Origin: Sumerlaeia bacterium
GTDB lineage: Bacteria; Sumerlaeota; Sumerlaeia; SLMS01; JAHLLQ01
Reading direction: 5' to 3'
DNA: 64,000 nt
NCBI GenBank assembly: GCA_040219255.1
Contig: JAVJSW010000008.1
Location: 32,001-96,000, forward strand
Each line of letters begins with the position of its first letter. Within the stretch, counting starts at the first letter, position 1. Under the pieces are notes generated by a model that had not been told where the DNA came from, did no database searches, and saw only the letters and a program-made list of their open reading frames with translations. The position numbers and the translations under genes were made by a program. Of this stretch, positions 37,869-47,429 are shown piece after piece.

Positions 37869-38801
37869 ATGATTCGCAACGCCCGTAACGCCACCCCCCT
37901 GGCCGCCGCCGGGGCCATCGCCGCCACCCTCTTCACCGCCACAGCCTCCGCCGACATGGAAAGCCTCCTGGCTTATGTGCCCAGCCAGGCGGAAGTCGTC
38001 ATCTACGTCGACGGCGACAAAATCACCGACTCGCACCTGATGACCCTGATCCGGCAAGGCAAAGCCGGGTTCGAGATGCCGGAAAAGGAGATCGAAGCCA
38101 TCAAGGCCCTGACCGGCGTGGACATCTACGAAAGCATTCACGACATCGTTCTGGCGGCTGTGGTGGACGACGACAAAGCCTTCCTGATCGCCGTGGATGG
38201 CGATCTCGAGCAAGATCGCCTGACAGCGCTGTTGAAGTTCAACGAGACCTACGAAGTGATCGAAGAAGGCGGCCTGACAGTGCATCACTGGGACGACGAC
38301 GGCGGCAACTACGCAACGTTCGTGGACGCCGACACGCTGCTCTTCGCCAAGTCGGCGGATGTTCTCAAGCAGGCCATGACCGCCAAAGGCAAGAAATCCC
38401 AGTCGTTCCTAAGCTCGGAGACATATAAGGGCTTTGGCGGTGAACAGAAGGAAGAAGCGGCCGCCTGGATCTCCATCACCAAACCCGGCGGCGACCTGGA
38501 GCACGTCTGGTACAGCCTTCAGCTCGACGCGATGCTGATGGAGCTTTACCTGGAAGATGAGGAATGCACGCTGACTTCGACATCGACGCTGAAGAGCGAG
38601 GAGTCGGCGGAGCTGTGGGCGGAAATGGCCCGGGGCTTTGCCTCCTTCGTCCAACTTCAGCGCTTCGCGCCGGAATTCCAGGAACTGGCGGAAGACCTGG
38701 ACATCGGCGAGGCCGAAGGCCAATCCGTCGAGACGTCGCTGACGCTGCCGACGGAGCGGGCGCTGGAGCTGTTCCAGGTCCTCGCGGACAATGCCAAGTA
38801 A
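37869..38801 (+). CDS. Secreted hypothetical protein upstream of the ECF sigma factor
   Basis: Signal peptide ending ATASA, acidic globular body and host-like codon usage. Confidence 0.75.
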   Translation: MIRNARNATPLAAAGAIAATLFTATASADMESLLAYVPSQAEVVIYVDGDKITDSHLMTLIRQGKAGFEMPEKEIEAIKALTGVDIYESIHDIVLAAVVDDDKAFLIAVDGDLEQDRLTALLKFNETYEVIEEGGLTVHHWDDDGGNYATFVDADTLLFAKSADVLKQAMTAKGKKSQSFLSSETYKGFGGEQKEEAAAWISITKPGGDLEHVWYSLQLDAMLMELYLEDEECTLTSTSTLKSEESAELWAEMARGFASFVQLQRFAPEFQELAEDLDIGEAEGQSVETSLTLPTERALELFQVLADNAK

Positions 38802-38835
38802 GGCGGCCACCCTTTCGATGTCGCGGATCGACTCC

Positions 38836-39438
38836 ATGACGACTTCTCCCCCGCCGCAGCCCGTGATCGCGTGGAATTCGACCATCGAAGTGGCGGACGA
38901 GGACCTGGTCGAGCGGGTGTTGGCGGGGGAACGGGCCGTTTTCGAAACCCTGGTGACGCGCCACGAGCGCGGCGTTTACGCGCTGATGATGCGGATGACG
39001 CGATCGCGCGAGGACGCCGAGGACTTGACGCAGGAGGCTTTCCTGAAAGCCTTCGAGAACCTCGGGAGCTTTCGCCGGGGCGCCCGGTTCCGGCCGTGGC
39101 TCTACCGGATCGCCTCCAACGCGGCGGTTTCCACCCTGCGCAAACGCAAGCCCCAGGCGGATTTCGATCCGGACTGGAATGCGGATCCGGCGCCTGGCGC
39201 GGACGATCTGATCGCCGAGGACGAGTTACGCGCGGTGCTGGCGGAAGCCATCGAGGCTTTGCCTGCGGCGGCGAGGGCACTGGTTCATCTGCGATACCGC
39301 GAGGAAATGGAGATTGCGGAGATCGCCGAGATTGTGGGAAAAACGCCCAGCGCCGCGAAAGTGGCCCTGCATCGGGCGCGGGAAACTTTGAAGGCGCTGG
39401 CGGGACAACGGCTCGATCCCCGAGGAGGAACGCGATGA
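38836..39438 (+). CDS. ECF RNA polymerase sigma factor
   Basis: DAEDLTQEAF, FRPWLYRIASN and region-4 HTH EIAEIVGKTPSAAKVALHRAR. Start could be 38791, 38818 or 38836. Confidence 0.92.
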   Translation: MTTSPPPQPVIAWNSTIEVADEDLVERVLAGERAVFETLVTRHERGVYALMMRMTRSREDAEDLTQEAFLKAFENLGSFRRGARFRPWLYRIASNAAVSTLRKRKPQADFDPDWNADPAPGADDLIAEDELRAVLAEAIEALPAAARALVHLRYREEMEIAEIAEIVGKTPSAAKVALHRARETLKALAGQRLDPRGGTR

Positions 39439-39938
39439 ACGGCTCGAACTTTGACGACAAACGCTTTGACGAGGCGATGCGCGGGGCGCTGCGGGACAGC
39501 GAGCCGGAAGCCCCGGAGTCGCTGCACGGCGGTATCATGGCGCGGCTCGAAAGCGCCGAAACCCCGCAACGGCGGCGCCTGACCCCGGTCATCATGATCG
39601 CAGCCGGTCTGGCTGCGGCGGTGCTGGCGCTCGGGATCTTACTGCGGCCTGCGCCCACGCCGGTCAGCCAGCCAACACCCTCGCCGGAAATCGCCACGGA
39701 CCCGCCCCCGCCGGGACTGCCGGACTTCGACCTGCCGGCGCTGACGGTGAAGACTCCAGAAGTCTTAGCCGGCGCGCGCGACGACATCCGCGGGACGGCG
39801 CTCCAGTTCTCGGAGAACACGGCGAGCGCCCTCCGGCTCTTCGCCGACGCTGCGAAACGGTCCTCCGCCACCCCCGCCACGCCGATCCCGGCGGAGTTCA
39901 CCGGAGAGCAAATCGAAGACGAACCGGCGAGTTCTTAA
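39435..39938 (+). CDS. Putative membrane anti-sigma factor
   Basis: ATGA overlap with the sigma gene, GAGGAGG RBS, one TM (IAAGLAAAVLALGILL) and a Pro-rich outer part. Confidence 0.75.
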   Translation: MNGSNFDDKRFDEAMRGALRDSEPEAPESLHGGIMARLESAETPQRRRLTPVIMIAAGLAAAVLALGILLRPAPTPVSQPTPSPEIATDPPPPGLPDFDLPALTVKTPEVLAGARDDIRGTALQFSENTASALRLFADAAKRSSATPATPIPAEFTGEQIEDEPASS

Positions 39939-39940
39939 AG

Positions 39941-40086
39941 ATAGCACGGTCCGTCTCGGCCGTGGACCAACCCCTACGAGCCTACGCCCATAGTTGAGGC
40001 CAAGGCGCGGCTTTTCGATTGGCGTGGATATGAGTGAGTTTTCTGCGTCAAAGCGCTGCTGGTCATGGGCGAGACGCCCATGCTAC
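39941..40086. repeat. Inverted pair of GTAG-family REP-like palindromes (REPIN/BIME-like)
   Basis: 40064-40086 reads GTAG-CATGGGCG-TCT-CGCCCATG on the minus strand. 39941-39964 reads ATAG-CACGG(T)CCG-TCT-CGGCCGTG on the plus strand. Confidence 0.65.
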
Positions 40087-40087
40087 C

Positions 40088-41383
40088 TTATAAATCCCGC
40101 TGATTCAGCAATTTGACAGGTTCCCTCAGCAAAGTCGGCGCCGCGAAGGCCACCGCGGGCAGGGCCACCAGCAGCACCGTCAGGCCCGCCATGGTCGCGA
40201 GGGCACTGGGCCGCGGGGCGAAGGGCTCGCCGGGGATGGTGGCGACCTGCGCGAGGGTTTCGCCGAAGGCGGCGTCGAGTTGGCCCATGACCAGCAGATA
40301 AATTCCGCCCCCGATGGCCGCCGCTACCGCCGCCATCAGCAGGCTTTGCATCAGTACCACTGCGAGCAACCGCCCTGGGCTCAGGCCCGTAGCGCGATGC
40401 AGCCCCCACACCGCGACGCGGTCGCGCATCGCGGCGCCGACAGTGGTGACGATGCCGACCGCCGCAAGGGCCAGAATCAGCGCCACCGCCACGCGCAACG
40501 CCCACTCGGCGGCCGTGACGTAGCGCACGACTTTGTCGAGATTTTCGGACGCCAGTTCGGCCCGCAGACCCATTTCGCCGATGGCAGTTTGGACGGCGAG
40601 GGCTTCCTCCGGGCCGGTGGCATCGACGTGCAGGATCTTGTAGGCGCCGGCTTTGCGCGGGGCGAATTCTTCGTTCCAGGCGGCGACGGTTTCCAGCGGC
40701 GCCGCGAGACCCACCACCAGCGGATTGCGCGTCAAGCCGACGACCTTGCCTTTGATGGTGCGGGGTTTGCCCGCCGAGGCCAAGCCCATGGTGGAGGCGC
40801 CGAGCTCCAAATCGAAAACACGGCCGATGGCGGCGGCTTCCGAGAGCTTCGGCAGACCCGCGCCCTCCGCCAGACCAAGATTGTACAGGTCGAGAAAGTA
40901 AGCGGAAACGGCGATGGGAACAGACTCGCCGCTGTCCGGCTCCCAAGTCCAATCGGTGCCCGGCGGCAAGTCCTGCGCCACCAATTCAGGCGGCACGCCG
41001 TGAATCACCACGTCGGTCGCCAGACCGTCTCCGAGGCTGCCAATGGTGACCGTGGCTGACGCGGGGAATTGGGCCGCCATCTGGGGATAGACGGCTTCGA
41101 CGCCTTCGATGGCGCGAACCTGATCGACGATGCGATCGTCGATGCGGCCGAAGTTGAACCGCAGGATGGAAATATCGAGGTCCGGCTGGCGGACGATGAG
41201 GCGGCTTTCGGGGAAAAGCGAGCGGATTTCGGGACGGACTTCTTCCTGAATGTAGCCCAAAATCCCGAAGACGAAAGCCGCGATGGCGGCGCTGACGGTG
41301 GCGGCGAAAACGATCAATGCCGCGCGCCCCGGCTGGGACCGCAGCTCGCTCCAGAGCAACCACCGCCACGCACTCAGTTTCAA
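40088..41383 (-). CDS. FtsX/MacB-like ABC permease
   Basis: N-terminal TM, large periplasmic domain, 3 C-terminal TMs, R...GLHRATG and terminal P..LL. TTGA overlap with folD. Confidence 0.82.
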   Translation of the reverse strand: MKLSAWRWLLWSELRSQPGRAALIVFAATVSAAIAAFVFGILGYIQEEVRPEIRSLFPESRLIVRQPDLDISILRFNFGRIDDRIVDQVRAIEGVEAVYPQMAAQFPASATVTIGSLGDGLATDVVIHGVPPELVAQDLPPGTDWTWEPDSGESVPIAVSAYFLDLYNLGLAEGAGLPKLSEAAAIGRVFDLELGASTMGLASAGKPRTIKGKVVGLTRNPLVVGLAAPLETVAAWNEEFAPRKAGAYKILHVDATGPEEALAVQTAIGEMGLRAELASENLDKVVRYVTAAEWALRVAVALILALAAVGIVTTVGAAMRDRVAVWGLHRATGLSPGRLLAVVLMQSLLMAAVAAAIGGGIYLLVMGQLDAAFGETLAQVATIPGEPFAPRPSALATMAGLTVLLVALPAVAFAAPTLLREPVKLLNQRDL

Positions 41384-42279
41384 GCCGGGGCGGCCTTTCG
41401 GTCGTGCAGGCGGGCGCTGTCGAGCGTGTTCGAGAGCAGCATCGCGATGGTCATGGGTCCGACGCCGCCGGGGACGGGCGTAATGCGCGAGGCGACCTGG
41501 CGGACGGCCTCGAAATCGACGTCGCCGACGAGGCGGTAGCCCTTGGCCGCGGCGGGGTCGTCGAGGCGATTGATACCCACGTCGATCACCACGGCGCCGG
41601 GCTTGACCATGTTGGCGGTCACGAATTCGCCTCGGCCAATAGCGGCCACCAGGATGTCGGCCTGGCGGCAGCGCTCGACCAGGTCACGGCTGCGGCTGTG
41701 GCAGACGGTAACGGTGGCGTCGCCGCCTTCCGCGCGGCGCATCAGGAGCAGGGCCATGGGCCGGCCGACGAGATCGCTGCGGCCGAGCACGACGGCGGAG
41801 GCACCAGCCGTCTGGACGCCGCTGCGCAGGAGCAACTCGCGCACGCCCAATGGCGTACACGGCCAGAATCCGCCGCGCCCGGAAGACGTCATGCCGACGT
41901 TGACCGGGTGCAGCCCATCGACATCCTTCTCCGGCGTCACGTTATCGAGCACGACCTGGACGTCCATGTGACCGGGTAGAGGAAGCTGGACCAGGATGCC
42001 GTGGATCGCGGGATCGGCGTTGAAGCGGCGGATTTCCTGAATCACGTCGTCCTGGGATACCGAGGAGTCGAGATCGATTTGCTCGCTGTGGAAACCGGCT
42101 TCGGCACAGGCGCGCGTTTTCATACGGACGTAGGCGGCGGAGGCCACGTTGTCGCCGACGAGGAGCACGCCCAAACCGGGGCGGGGCAGGCCCTGGGCGA
42201 CGCGCTGATCCACCTCGGCCTTGATTTCATCGCGAATGGCTTGGGCGATGGCTTTTCCATCGATCAATTCGGCGGTCAT
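41380..42279 (-). CDS. folD: Methylenetetrahydrofolate dehydrogenase/cyclohydrolase
   Basis: LIDGKAIA, YVRMK, GILVQLPLP, KDVDG, PCTP, GRSDLVGRP, IDVGIN and TPVPGGVGPMT. Confidence 0.98.
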   Translation of the reverse strand: MTAELIDGKAIAQAIRDEIKAEVDQRVAQGLPRPGLGVLLVGDNVASAAYVRMKTRACAEAGFHSEQIDLDSSVSQDDVIQEIRRFNADPAIHGILVQLPLPGHMDVQVVLDNVTPEKDVDGLHPVNVGMTSSGRGGFWPCTPLGVRELLLRSGVQTAGASAVVLGRSDLVGRPMALLLMRRAEGGDATVTVCHSRSRDLVERCRQADILVAAIGRGEFVTANMVKPGAVVIDVGINRLDDPAAAKGYRLVGDVDFEAVRQVASRITPVPGGVGPMTIAMLLSNTLDSARLHDRKAAPA

Positions 42280-42420
42280 GGAAAGGAGGTTCCCCTCGGC
42301 AAAATGATGGAGGACGTTTGCGCGGTCGGCGCGGCCGGTGCTACTGTTTTTCACGCGGGCTGGCTTGACAGGACGCCGCCCCCGGGCGTCCCATGCGCAC
42401 CAGCTTTCCAAGGAGCCCCG

Positions 42421-44145
42421 ATGGCCCGCAATCGCTCGCCCCGCCAACCCGATCAACGCGACATCCTGCGCGCTCTCGCCGCCGACGAAATCGGCGCCAC
42501 CGCCAAGCCTTTCGGCTCGGTCTGGCCGATCGCGTTCTGCTATCCAAACACGTACCATGTCGGGATGAGCGCCCTTGGGTTCCAAACGCTGATCTCACGA
42601 GTGAACGAGCACCCCGATGCCGCCGTCGAGCGCTTCTTCTGGAACGTCTCGCACCCGGACGCCCTCGGCGGGCGGCACCGGCGGCCCCATCTGGCGTCGA
42701 GCGACCTGGACAACGCGGGCGAGGACCTAGCCGACGCCACCCCGGCCCACTGGCCCACGGACCCGCCCCTGTCCGTGGAGAACCAGCGGCGGCTGGACGA
42801 ATGCCCCATCGTCTGTTTTTCCATCCCGTTCGAGATGGATGACCTGCACATCATCGACATGCTCGAGCGATCCAACATCCGCGCCTGGGCGGCACTGCGA
42901 GGGCCGAACGATCCTCTGATCGTGATCGGCGGCGCCACGGTGACGATGAATCGGCTGCCGCTGTACGATTTCGCCGACGTGATCGTCCACGGCGACGGCG
43001 AAAGCGCCATGGACCGGCTGGTGGAGGTGCTGGAGGAAACAGGCCCGGGCCGGGCTGGCCTGCGCGAGGCCCTCCGCCATGAGCCCGGCTTTGAAATCAC
43101 CAACCCCCGCCACCCTGACGACCAGGACTTCGACCCCGCCCCGCCGGTGCCCGTTTCGCGGCTGAGTCTGGCCGACCGGCTGGCGGACATCCCGACCTAC
43201 ACGCGCATCCTGACACCCCACACCGAGTTCTCGAACCGGGGACTGGTCGAGCTGTCGCGCGGCTGTCCGTACAAATGCAACTTCTGCATCATGGGCTATC
43301 AGCCCTATAACTACAAATGGCGCAGCCCAGAAGACATCGAACGCCAGGCGCGAACCTTTCTCCCGCACACGAAGCGCATCGGCCTCGTGGCGAGCGCCGT
43401 GGGCATTCACAAACAGATCGAGGAAATCACCGAGCGGCTGATGCGGCTGGAGATGGAGATCAGCTTCAGCAGCCTCCGGGTCGAAGACGTGAAGCCGGTG
43501 ATGATCGACGCGCTGCTGGCGAGCGGCCAGAAAACGCTGACCATCGCGCCGGAAGCGGGCAACGACCGGCTGCGGATTCAGATGCGCAAGCGCCTGCACA
43601 ACGACCGCATCGCTCAATTCGCGCACGAAACCATCGCGCGCGGCATGCGGAACCTAAAGCTGTATTTCATGGTAGGCGTGATGAACGAAACCGACGACGA
43701 CGTGGTCAGCATCGCTGAGCTGACAGAGCGCCTCCACGGCGAACAAGTCTCGGCCGCCCGCGCCCACGGGCACCTGGGGCACCTGGCGCTGAACGTCGGC
43801 GTGTTCGTGCCCAAGCCGGGCACGCCCCAGCGGGCCGGGGGGTTTGTCGGAGTCGGCGAAGCGCGGCGGCGGCTGAAGCTGCTGCGCAAGGGATTGAAGC
43901 GCATTCCGAACCTGAAAGTCCACTTCTCGAACCCGCACCTGGCGGCAGCGCAGACGATCCTGTCCTGTGGCGACCGGCGGGCGGCGGATTTTCTGTGGTG
44001 GGCTTGGCGCCACGCCAAGGGTGACTGGCCCCGGGCGACGCGGGAGTTCGAGGGTTTGCTGGAGGAATTCGGGGCGCCCCTGCCCGTCGGCGCAGACCCG
44101 AGCGGCGCCATGGGTGCGCGGGATCTGCTGGCGGTGGAAGCCTGA
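42421..44145 (+). CDS. Radical SAM protein with N-terminal B12-binding-like domain
   Basis: YPNTYHVGMSALG, FSIPFE, RGCPYKCNFC, TIAPEAG, KLYFMVG and FVPKPGTP. Confidence 0.88.
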   Translation: MARNRSPRQPDQRDILRALAADEIGATAKPFGSVWPIAFCYPNTYHVGMSALGFQTLISRVNEHPDAAVERFFWNVSHPDALGGRHRRPHLASSDLDNAGEDLADATPAHWPTDPPLSVENQRRLDECPIVCFSIPFEMDDLHIIDMLERSNIRAWAALRGPNDPLIVIGGATVTMNRLPLYDFADVIVHGDGESAMDRLVEVLEETGPGRAGLREALRHEPGFEITNPRHPDDQDFDPAPPVPVSRLSLADRLADIPTYTRILTPHTEFSNRGLVELSRGCPYKCNFCIMGYQPYNYKWRSPEDIERQARTFLPHTKRIGLVASAVGIHKQIEEITERLMRLEMEISFSSLRVEDVKPVMIDALLASGQKTLTIAPEAGNDRLRIQMRKRLHNDRIAQFAHETIARGMRNLKLYFMVGVMNETDDDVVSIAELTERLHGEQVSAARAHGHLGHLALNVGVFVPKPGTPQRAGGFVGVGEARRRLKLLRKGLKRIPNLKVHFSNPHLAAAQTILSCGDRRAADFLWWAWRHAKGDWPRATREFEGLLEEFGAPLPVGADPSGAMGARDLLAVEA

Positions 44146-44228
44146 GCGGAAGGCGGAAAAGATTCCGCTATCCCACAGACCACCGCCGTGGCGCGTTCGG
44201 GGCAAATCGCCCCGCAAAGGACAATGCC

Positions 44229-44750
44229 ATGGACATTCTCTCCAAAATCCGCAACATCCCCGACTTCCCGAAACCGGGTATTCAGTTCAAGGATATCACG
44301 ACGCTGCTGGCGGATCCGGAGGGATTCAACGCGGTGATCTTCAACTTGGCGAAGCGCTACCATGACGCCGGGCTGACGAAGATCGTGGGCGTGGAATCGC
44401 GGGGGTTCATCTTCGGCGCCGCCTTGGCGCACGCCCTGGGGCTGGGCTTCGTGCCGGTGCGCAAGGAAGGCAAGCTGCCCCACGAAACGCTCGGCAAGTC
44501 CTACGAACTCGAGTATGGTTCGGCCACCATCGAGATCCACAAGGACGCCCTGACGCCCGACGACCGGGTGGTGATCATCGACGACCTGATGGCGACGGGC
44601 GGGACGCTGGAGGCGACGGTGCATCTGGTGGAGCAATTGGGCGCCGAAATCGCGGAGGTCTGGGTGCTGATGGAGTTGAGTTTCCTGAACGGGAAAGGCA
44701 AACTGGGCGGCGTGCCCTACCACGCGGAGATCAGCATCGGGGAAGAATGA
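44229..44750 (+). CDS. apt: Adenine phosphoribosyltransferase
   Basis: PDFPKPGIQFKDIT, ESRGF, YELEYG and IIDDLMATGGT. Confidence 0.98.
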   Translation: MDILSKIRNIPDFPKPGIQFKDITTLLADPEGFNAVIFNLAKRYHDAGLTKIVGVESRGFIFGAALAHALGLGFVPVRKEGKLPHETLGKSYELEYGSATIEIHKDALTPDDRVVIIDDLMATGGTLEATVHLVEQLGAEIAEVWVLMELSFLNGKGKLGGVPYHAEISIGEE

Positions 44751-45371
44751 TCAAACGGTAAGATAGGCTTTGTCGAGATAGACTTCGACCTGGCTCGAGT
44801 TGACGAACTTGAACAGCAGCGCGGGATACCAGGCGGCGCAACAGCCTGAGCAGAGGGCTCCGAAGACCGCGCCGGACTCGATGGTGGCTGGGATTTCGTA
44901 GCCTTCGGGGATGTAGGCACTCATCATGGTGGGGAAAATCCCCGTCAGGTTCACGATGATCTGCACGATGATCAGCAGAATCATAAAGGTGGCGTAGAAG
45001 CTGGAGAGCGTTTGCCCCCACTTTTGCTCGCAGAGAAGTCCGATTCCCCCCACGATCAACATCAGACCCAGGAATGCCTGAATAGCGATTGTGGTAACGA
45101 AATAGACGGTGAGGATAGTGCTGTCGGCGATCACGGCCATGAAGTCCGTCTTTTCCACCGTGGGCAGGAGCTGGACGAGTGGGATGGGACTGCAAACCGA
45201 ATAGCAGAGGCCGACGATCAGGTTCATGACGCCGAAGAAGGTGATGGCGCCCGGGCGCTGCGGCTTATAGATCGTCTCCTTCGACCCCGTACGGAAATCG
45301 TAGTCGGGCCGGGCCGGAACGGGGACGGATTGTTCGCCGGGCAATTCGGGCGGGGGGGGCGGTTGTTTCAC
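44751..45371 (-). CDS. 4-TM hypothetical membrane protein
   Basis: Pro-rich N-terminus, RPGAIT and four hydrophobic helices. Confidence 0.7.
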   Translation of the reverse strand: MKQPPPPPELPGEQSVPVPARPDYDFRTGSKETIYKPQRPGAITFFGVMNLIVGLCYSVCSPIPLVQLLPTVEKTDFMAVIADSTILTVYFVTTIAIQAFLGLMLIVGGIGLLCEQKWGQTLSSFYATFMILLIIVQIIVNLTGIFPTMMSAYIPEGYEIPATIESGAVFGALCSGCCAAWYPALLFKFVNSSQVEVYLDKAYLTV

Positions 45372-45402
45372 CGGGTTTTGGCCTGGTCGGGACGAATCGG
45401 AT

Positions 45403-47226
45403 CTAGCTTGTCAGATGACCCAAGTCGCTATCACCCATTTCGACGCCGCCGCGAGGGAAATATTCCTTCCAGCGGCGGGTCACTGTGTCAGCGATTTCCC
45501 GGTCCGCGAAAACCTCCTTCGGGTACCAGGGCTTGACGCGCGCGTCGATCACGACGGGGCCACTGTGGGCGACGTGGTTGCGGACGATGCGCTGCTCGCG
45601 CGAGTGAATGTCGGCCGCCGGTTCGAAGCGCGTGAACGTGGTCCAGAGGAAGTTGATGGCGCTGGCGACGGCTTGCTCCGGGCCGTCGCACAGCACCACC
45701 AGCGGCCAATCGGCCAGCGCCGGGTCCTGGGCCACAATCCCCGCAAAGTCGCTGTCGGCCCCGAAATCCGGCCCGCCCACGACCAGGCACCCAGCGCAGA
45801 AGGGCCGCGCGTCGCGAATGGCGGAGTTGGGTTCGCCGCGAAATTCGCGGGGCAGTTCGCGCACCGCCTGGCCCAACCCGATCAGCACCCCCTTGCTGCC
45901 CTTGTTCACCTGGGGCCCGGCATAATCGAGCGTGTCCATGCTGAGGTTGGCGAAGACAAACAGGTCCGTCTCGAACTGGCACCGCGCCAGGATGTGCTCG
46001 AGTACCGCCGGGAAATCGCGCAGGTCCACCGCGCCATCGGTCAGCAGCAGGAACTTGGTCAGGGACAATTGTCCTTCGCCTAGAATGCGGAAGGCGCTGG
46101 CCATCGCTTCGCGGTGGTAGCGGTCCTTGACCACCGCCGCCGCCAGCGAATGGAACCCGGTCTCGCCATAGCTCCAGAGGTCCACCACGCTTGGCATCAC
46201 AAGAGGGAAGAGGGGGCTGAGGAGTTCCTGCAAATAATCGCCGATGAAGAAATCTTCCTGGCGCGGTTTGCCCACCACGGTGGCGGGATAGACGGCGTTC
46301 TGGCGGTGCAGGACGCGCTCGCAGTGGAAGACCGGGTAGTCGTGGGTCAGGCTGTAGTAGCCGTAGTGATCGCCGAAGGGGCCCTCGGGCCGGCGCTCGC
46401 GGGGCGGGACGTGGCCCAGGAGGGCGAACTCACATTCCGCCACCAAGTCGTGTGGCCAGTCGCCACGCCGAACGACGGGGAGGCGTTCGCCGAGGAGCAG
46501 CGAGGCGAGCAGGATTTCCGGGACGTTCTCGGGCAGCGGCGCGATGGCCGACAGGATCAGCGCGGGCGGACCGCCGATGCTGATGGTGACGGGCAGGGAC
46601 TCGCCCCGCTCCTCCGCCAGGTGGTAATGAAATCCGCCGCCCTTGCCGATTTGCCAATGGATGCCGGTGGTGGCGTCGTCGTATCGCTGGATGCGATACA
46701 TGCCCAGGTTCGGCGAATGATCCTCCGGATGCTGTGTGGTGACCAGAGGCAGAGTCACGAAATGACCGCCGTCTTCGGGCCAGAGCTTGAGAAGCGGCAA
46801 ATCCCCGAGACCCGGCGGGTCGCGGAGCACCTGGCTCACGGGGCCCGAGCGGCGGCCCTTGAGGCCGATCTTGAGACCCTGGCCGATGAGGCCGCGCGCC
46901 TGCCAGAGGTTGGCGGGCGTTGGCGGCATACCGTGCTGAACGAAATGGACCGCGTCCTGAACGAACTTCTGGGGCCGGGTGCCGAAGGCGCGCTCGACTC
47001 TGCCCAAGGTTCCGAACAGATTTGTGGCGACGGGGAAGGGGCTTTTGCGGCCGGCGGGGTCGATCGGGTTCGTGAAGAGGAGGGCCGGCCCCCCGGCGGC
47101 GATGACTCGGCGGTGGATTTCGGCGATTTCCTGATCGGTGGCGACAGGGGCGTCGATCTGGGCGAGTCCGCCCTCGGCGCGCAGGATGTCGAGGAACTGG
47201 GGGATGGATCGGACGGGGGCGGTCAT
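45403..47226 (-). CDS. UbiD family (prFMN-dependent) decarboxylase
   Basis: GPALLF, TNLFGT, NLGMYR, EGPFGDHYGYY and VVGKPRQED. Confidence 0.93.
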   Translation of the reverse strand: MTAPVRSIPQFLDILRAEGGLAQIDAPVATDQEIAEIHRRVIAAGGPALLFTNPIDPAGRKSPFPVATNLFGTLGRVERAFGTRPQKFVQDAVHFVQHGMPPTPANLWQARGLIGQGLKIGLKGRRSGPVSQVLRDPPGLGDLPLLKLWPEDGGHFVTLPLVTTQHPEDHSPNLGMYRIQRYDDATTGIHWQIGKGGGFHYHLAEERGESLPVTISIGGPPALILSAIAPLPENVPEILLASLLLGERLPVVRRGDWPHDLVAECEFALLGHVPPRERRPEGPFGDHYGYYSLTHDYPVFHCERVLHRQNAVYPATVVGKPRQEDFFIGDYLQELLSPLFPLVMPSVVDLWSYGETGFHSLAAAVVKDRYHREAMASAFRILGEGQLSLTKFLLLTDGAVDLRDFPAVLEHILARCQFETDLFVFANLSMDTLDYAGPQVNKGSKGVLIGLGQAVRELPREFRGEPNSAIRDARPFCAGCLVVGGPDFGADSDFAGIVAQDPALADWPLVVLCDGPEQAVASAINFLWTTFTRFEPAADIHSREQRIVRNHVAHSGPVVIDARVKPWYPKEVFADREIADTVTRRWKEYFPRGGVEMGDSDLGHLTS

Positions 47227-47324
47227 GTTGCGAGTTTTCGAACGAGGGTGTGTGGCGCGAAGCCGAGGAGCAAGATGGCGGCCACGGTTGGCGTGACAAG
47301 TGCGAGCTGAAACCAGGAAAAGGC

Positions 47325-47353
47325 TTGCCGCAGTCCCCGGGCATTTTTATCGT
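47325..47353 (+). promoter_or_regulatory. Putative sigma70 promoter of the ZnF-TPR/pilT operon
   Basis: TTGCCG-17 bp-TATCGT, about 75 nt upstream of ATG 47430. Confidence 0.45.
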
Positions 47354-47429
47354 GCCTGGACATGCCTTGGCTATCGGCCGAGGGATGGAATTCCTGGCAT
47401 GTTTGTCACCCGGAGCACGCGACGCGTCC

